Assembly (NCBI GenBank): GCA_043228905.1
Contig: JBHGNT010000016.1
Coordinates: 15,066,001 to 15,130,000 of the forward strand
From: Azolla caroliniana
Lineage: Eukaryota; Plantae; Polypodiophyta
Reading direction: 5' to 3'
Length of the DNA stretch: 64,000 nucleotides
Positions 62,601 through 64,000 of the stretch are shown one piece after another. Both the position numbers and the translations under genes were made by a program. Each line of letters opens with the position of its first letter. Positions within the stretch are counted from its first letter, which is position 1. Below the pieces are notes generated by a model that was not told where the DNA came from, did not search any database, and worked only from the letters and a program-made list of their open reading frames with translations.

Positions 62601-63429
62601 GATCTCATATATGAAATGTAAATATTGTATGTTACATCAATATTATGATTCACAAATATGTATAAATATAGGTGTTAGTCATTTTGTAATTTTTGTACCT
62701 TCTCTTGTAAATTTCACCTGTCGATTATTTAGGCATTTTTTGAAAGCCCTAAATTTTTAGACATGGTATAAATCAATATATTTTTATTCAATTTCCAAAA
62801 ACTTTTACGCATGTGATGGTCCTTTTTGTGAAATGACCTACTTTATGTCTTTTTTGGATGGACTGTTCTTAAATTGCGACATATTACCTATTTCAAATGA
62901 CCCGATGTTTTATAAGAAGGGGCCGAGAGCACTGTATAATTATCGATCTATAGTATGAAGTTTAATATAATTTTGAGTTAGAGTATATTCAGTGTGAAGT
63001 TGTTATTTTTTACTCTTAACTGTTATTTAGTATTTTGTGTTAACTACTAATCCAAATTTCCTCTTACTCGTGATCTATACAGTCGATCAGAGTTACTAAT
63101 TGTAACAAAGTGAGTTAATCAAGTAATTAAGTATCTGCGTAGAGTGTTTAAGTAATTGATAATCAGAGTCGACTGACTCCATCTCCTACCACAGTTTGTT
63201 GATAGAAAGACTCTGAGTAGTCCTTCGACCTTGTGTGTAGTTGACCCTAGTGAATAATCAAAAGGGGACAACACATAATTTGGCATGCCTTGTGTCGTGC
63301 CTTTCGGGGTTGGATCGTTTTGTGAGTCGGGTGGGAGCCGCCGAGGTTTTGGACTACAAGGAGGGGGGATTTGAGATGAATATATTGTAAGAGAGAGAGA
63401 GAGAGAGAGAAATAGAAAACTTGTAAATC

Positions 63430-63640
63430 TCACGAGTATAATGTATTTTATTAATCAATATTTAGATAAGAATGTGAATAGATTGAAAGAGAGAGATAAG
63501 AAAATTCATGAATCCCACGAGTATAATGTATTTTATTAATCATTATTTAGATAAGAATATGAATTTAGATTTAAAGAGAGAGAGAGAGAGAGAGAAAACT
63601 CATGAATCCCACAAGTATAGTTTATTAGATTAATCCATAT
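63430..63640. repeat. ~90-bp AT-rich tandem repeat, about 2.5 copies
   Basis: CACGAGTATAATGTATTTTATTAATCA.TATTTAGATAAGAAT repeated with (GA)n spacers. Confidence 0.7.
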
Positions 63641-64000
63641 TTAAAACCCTAATAATATCCAAGAATTTTGGCCCCAAATTTTTCAAACCCAATTACATTT
63701 TACTCCCATCCTTATATAGTGATGGACAAGGCTTTAGCAATCCATGTTTTTTCTGACTTCATGCTTTTTCTAACTATGAACTTTATCCTTTTTTCTAAAC
63801 TTAATGCTTTTTCTAACATGTTTTTTCTAAAAGTGATCATGCACACTAGATGTGCATGAGTATCTTTTTCTTAGAAAATGTGTAAGGATAACTTTTTCTA
63901 CATCAAAAATCTAATCTTTTAACAACCATGATATGTAACTTAGTATAATGGTAAGGTTTGAAATTGTTAACATGGAGGTATAGGGTTTTAATCTTGCCCT

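Overview
Repeat-dominated land-plant genomic DNA. PLS-type PPR relics and the BZR/BES gene suggest a seed-free plant such as a fern, but this is inference only. Most of the window is nested LTR retrotransposons: a near-intact Ty1/copia (2876-8271); a plus-strand Ty3/gypsy whose protease DTG motif is split by a young minus-strand chromovirus (8801-24952); a non-autonomous LTR element (29416-32712); and several decayed copia/gypsy relics. There is also a hAT-type MITE, a LINE 3' fragment, a PPR pseudogene and one clear host gene, an uninterrupted BES1/BZR1-family ORF (57895-58776). The stand-out is a 9.08-kb terminal-inverted-repeat DNA transposon (9736-18816) inserted in the chromovirus integrase. 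It carries a Sola-like transposase and a divergently oriented six-exon gene encoding a ParB/Srx-like domain fused to a bacterial-type beta-class N4-cytosine/N6-adenine DNA methyltransferase (DIPY ... QKP ... DLFSGTGTT). The first intron of that gene holds seven regularly spaced 25-bp palindromes. All family assignments come from motif recognition by eye, not database searches.
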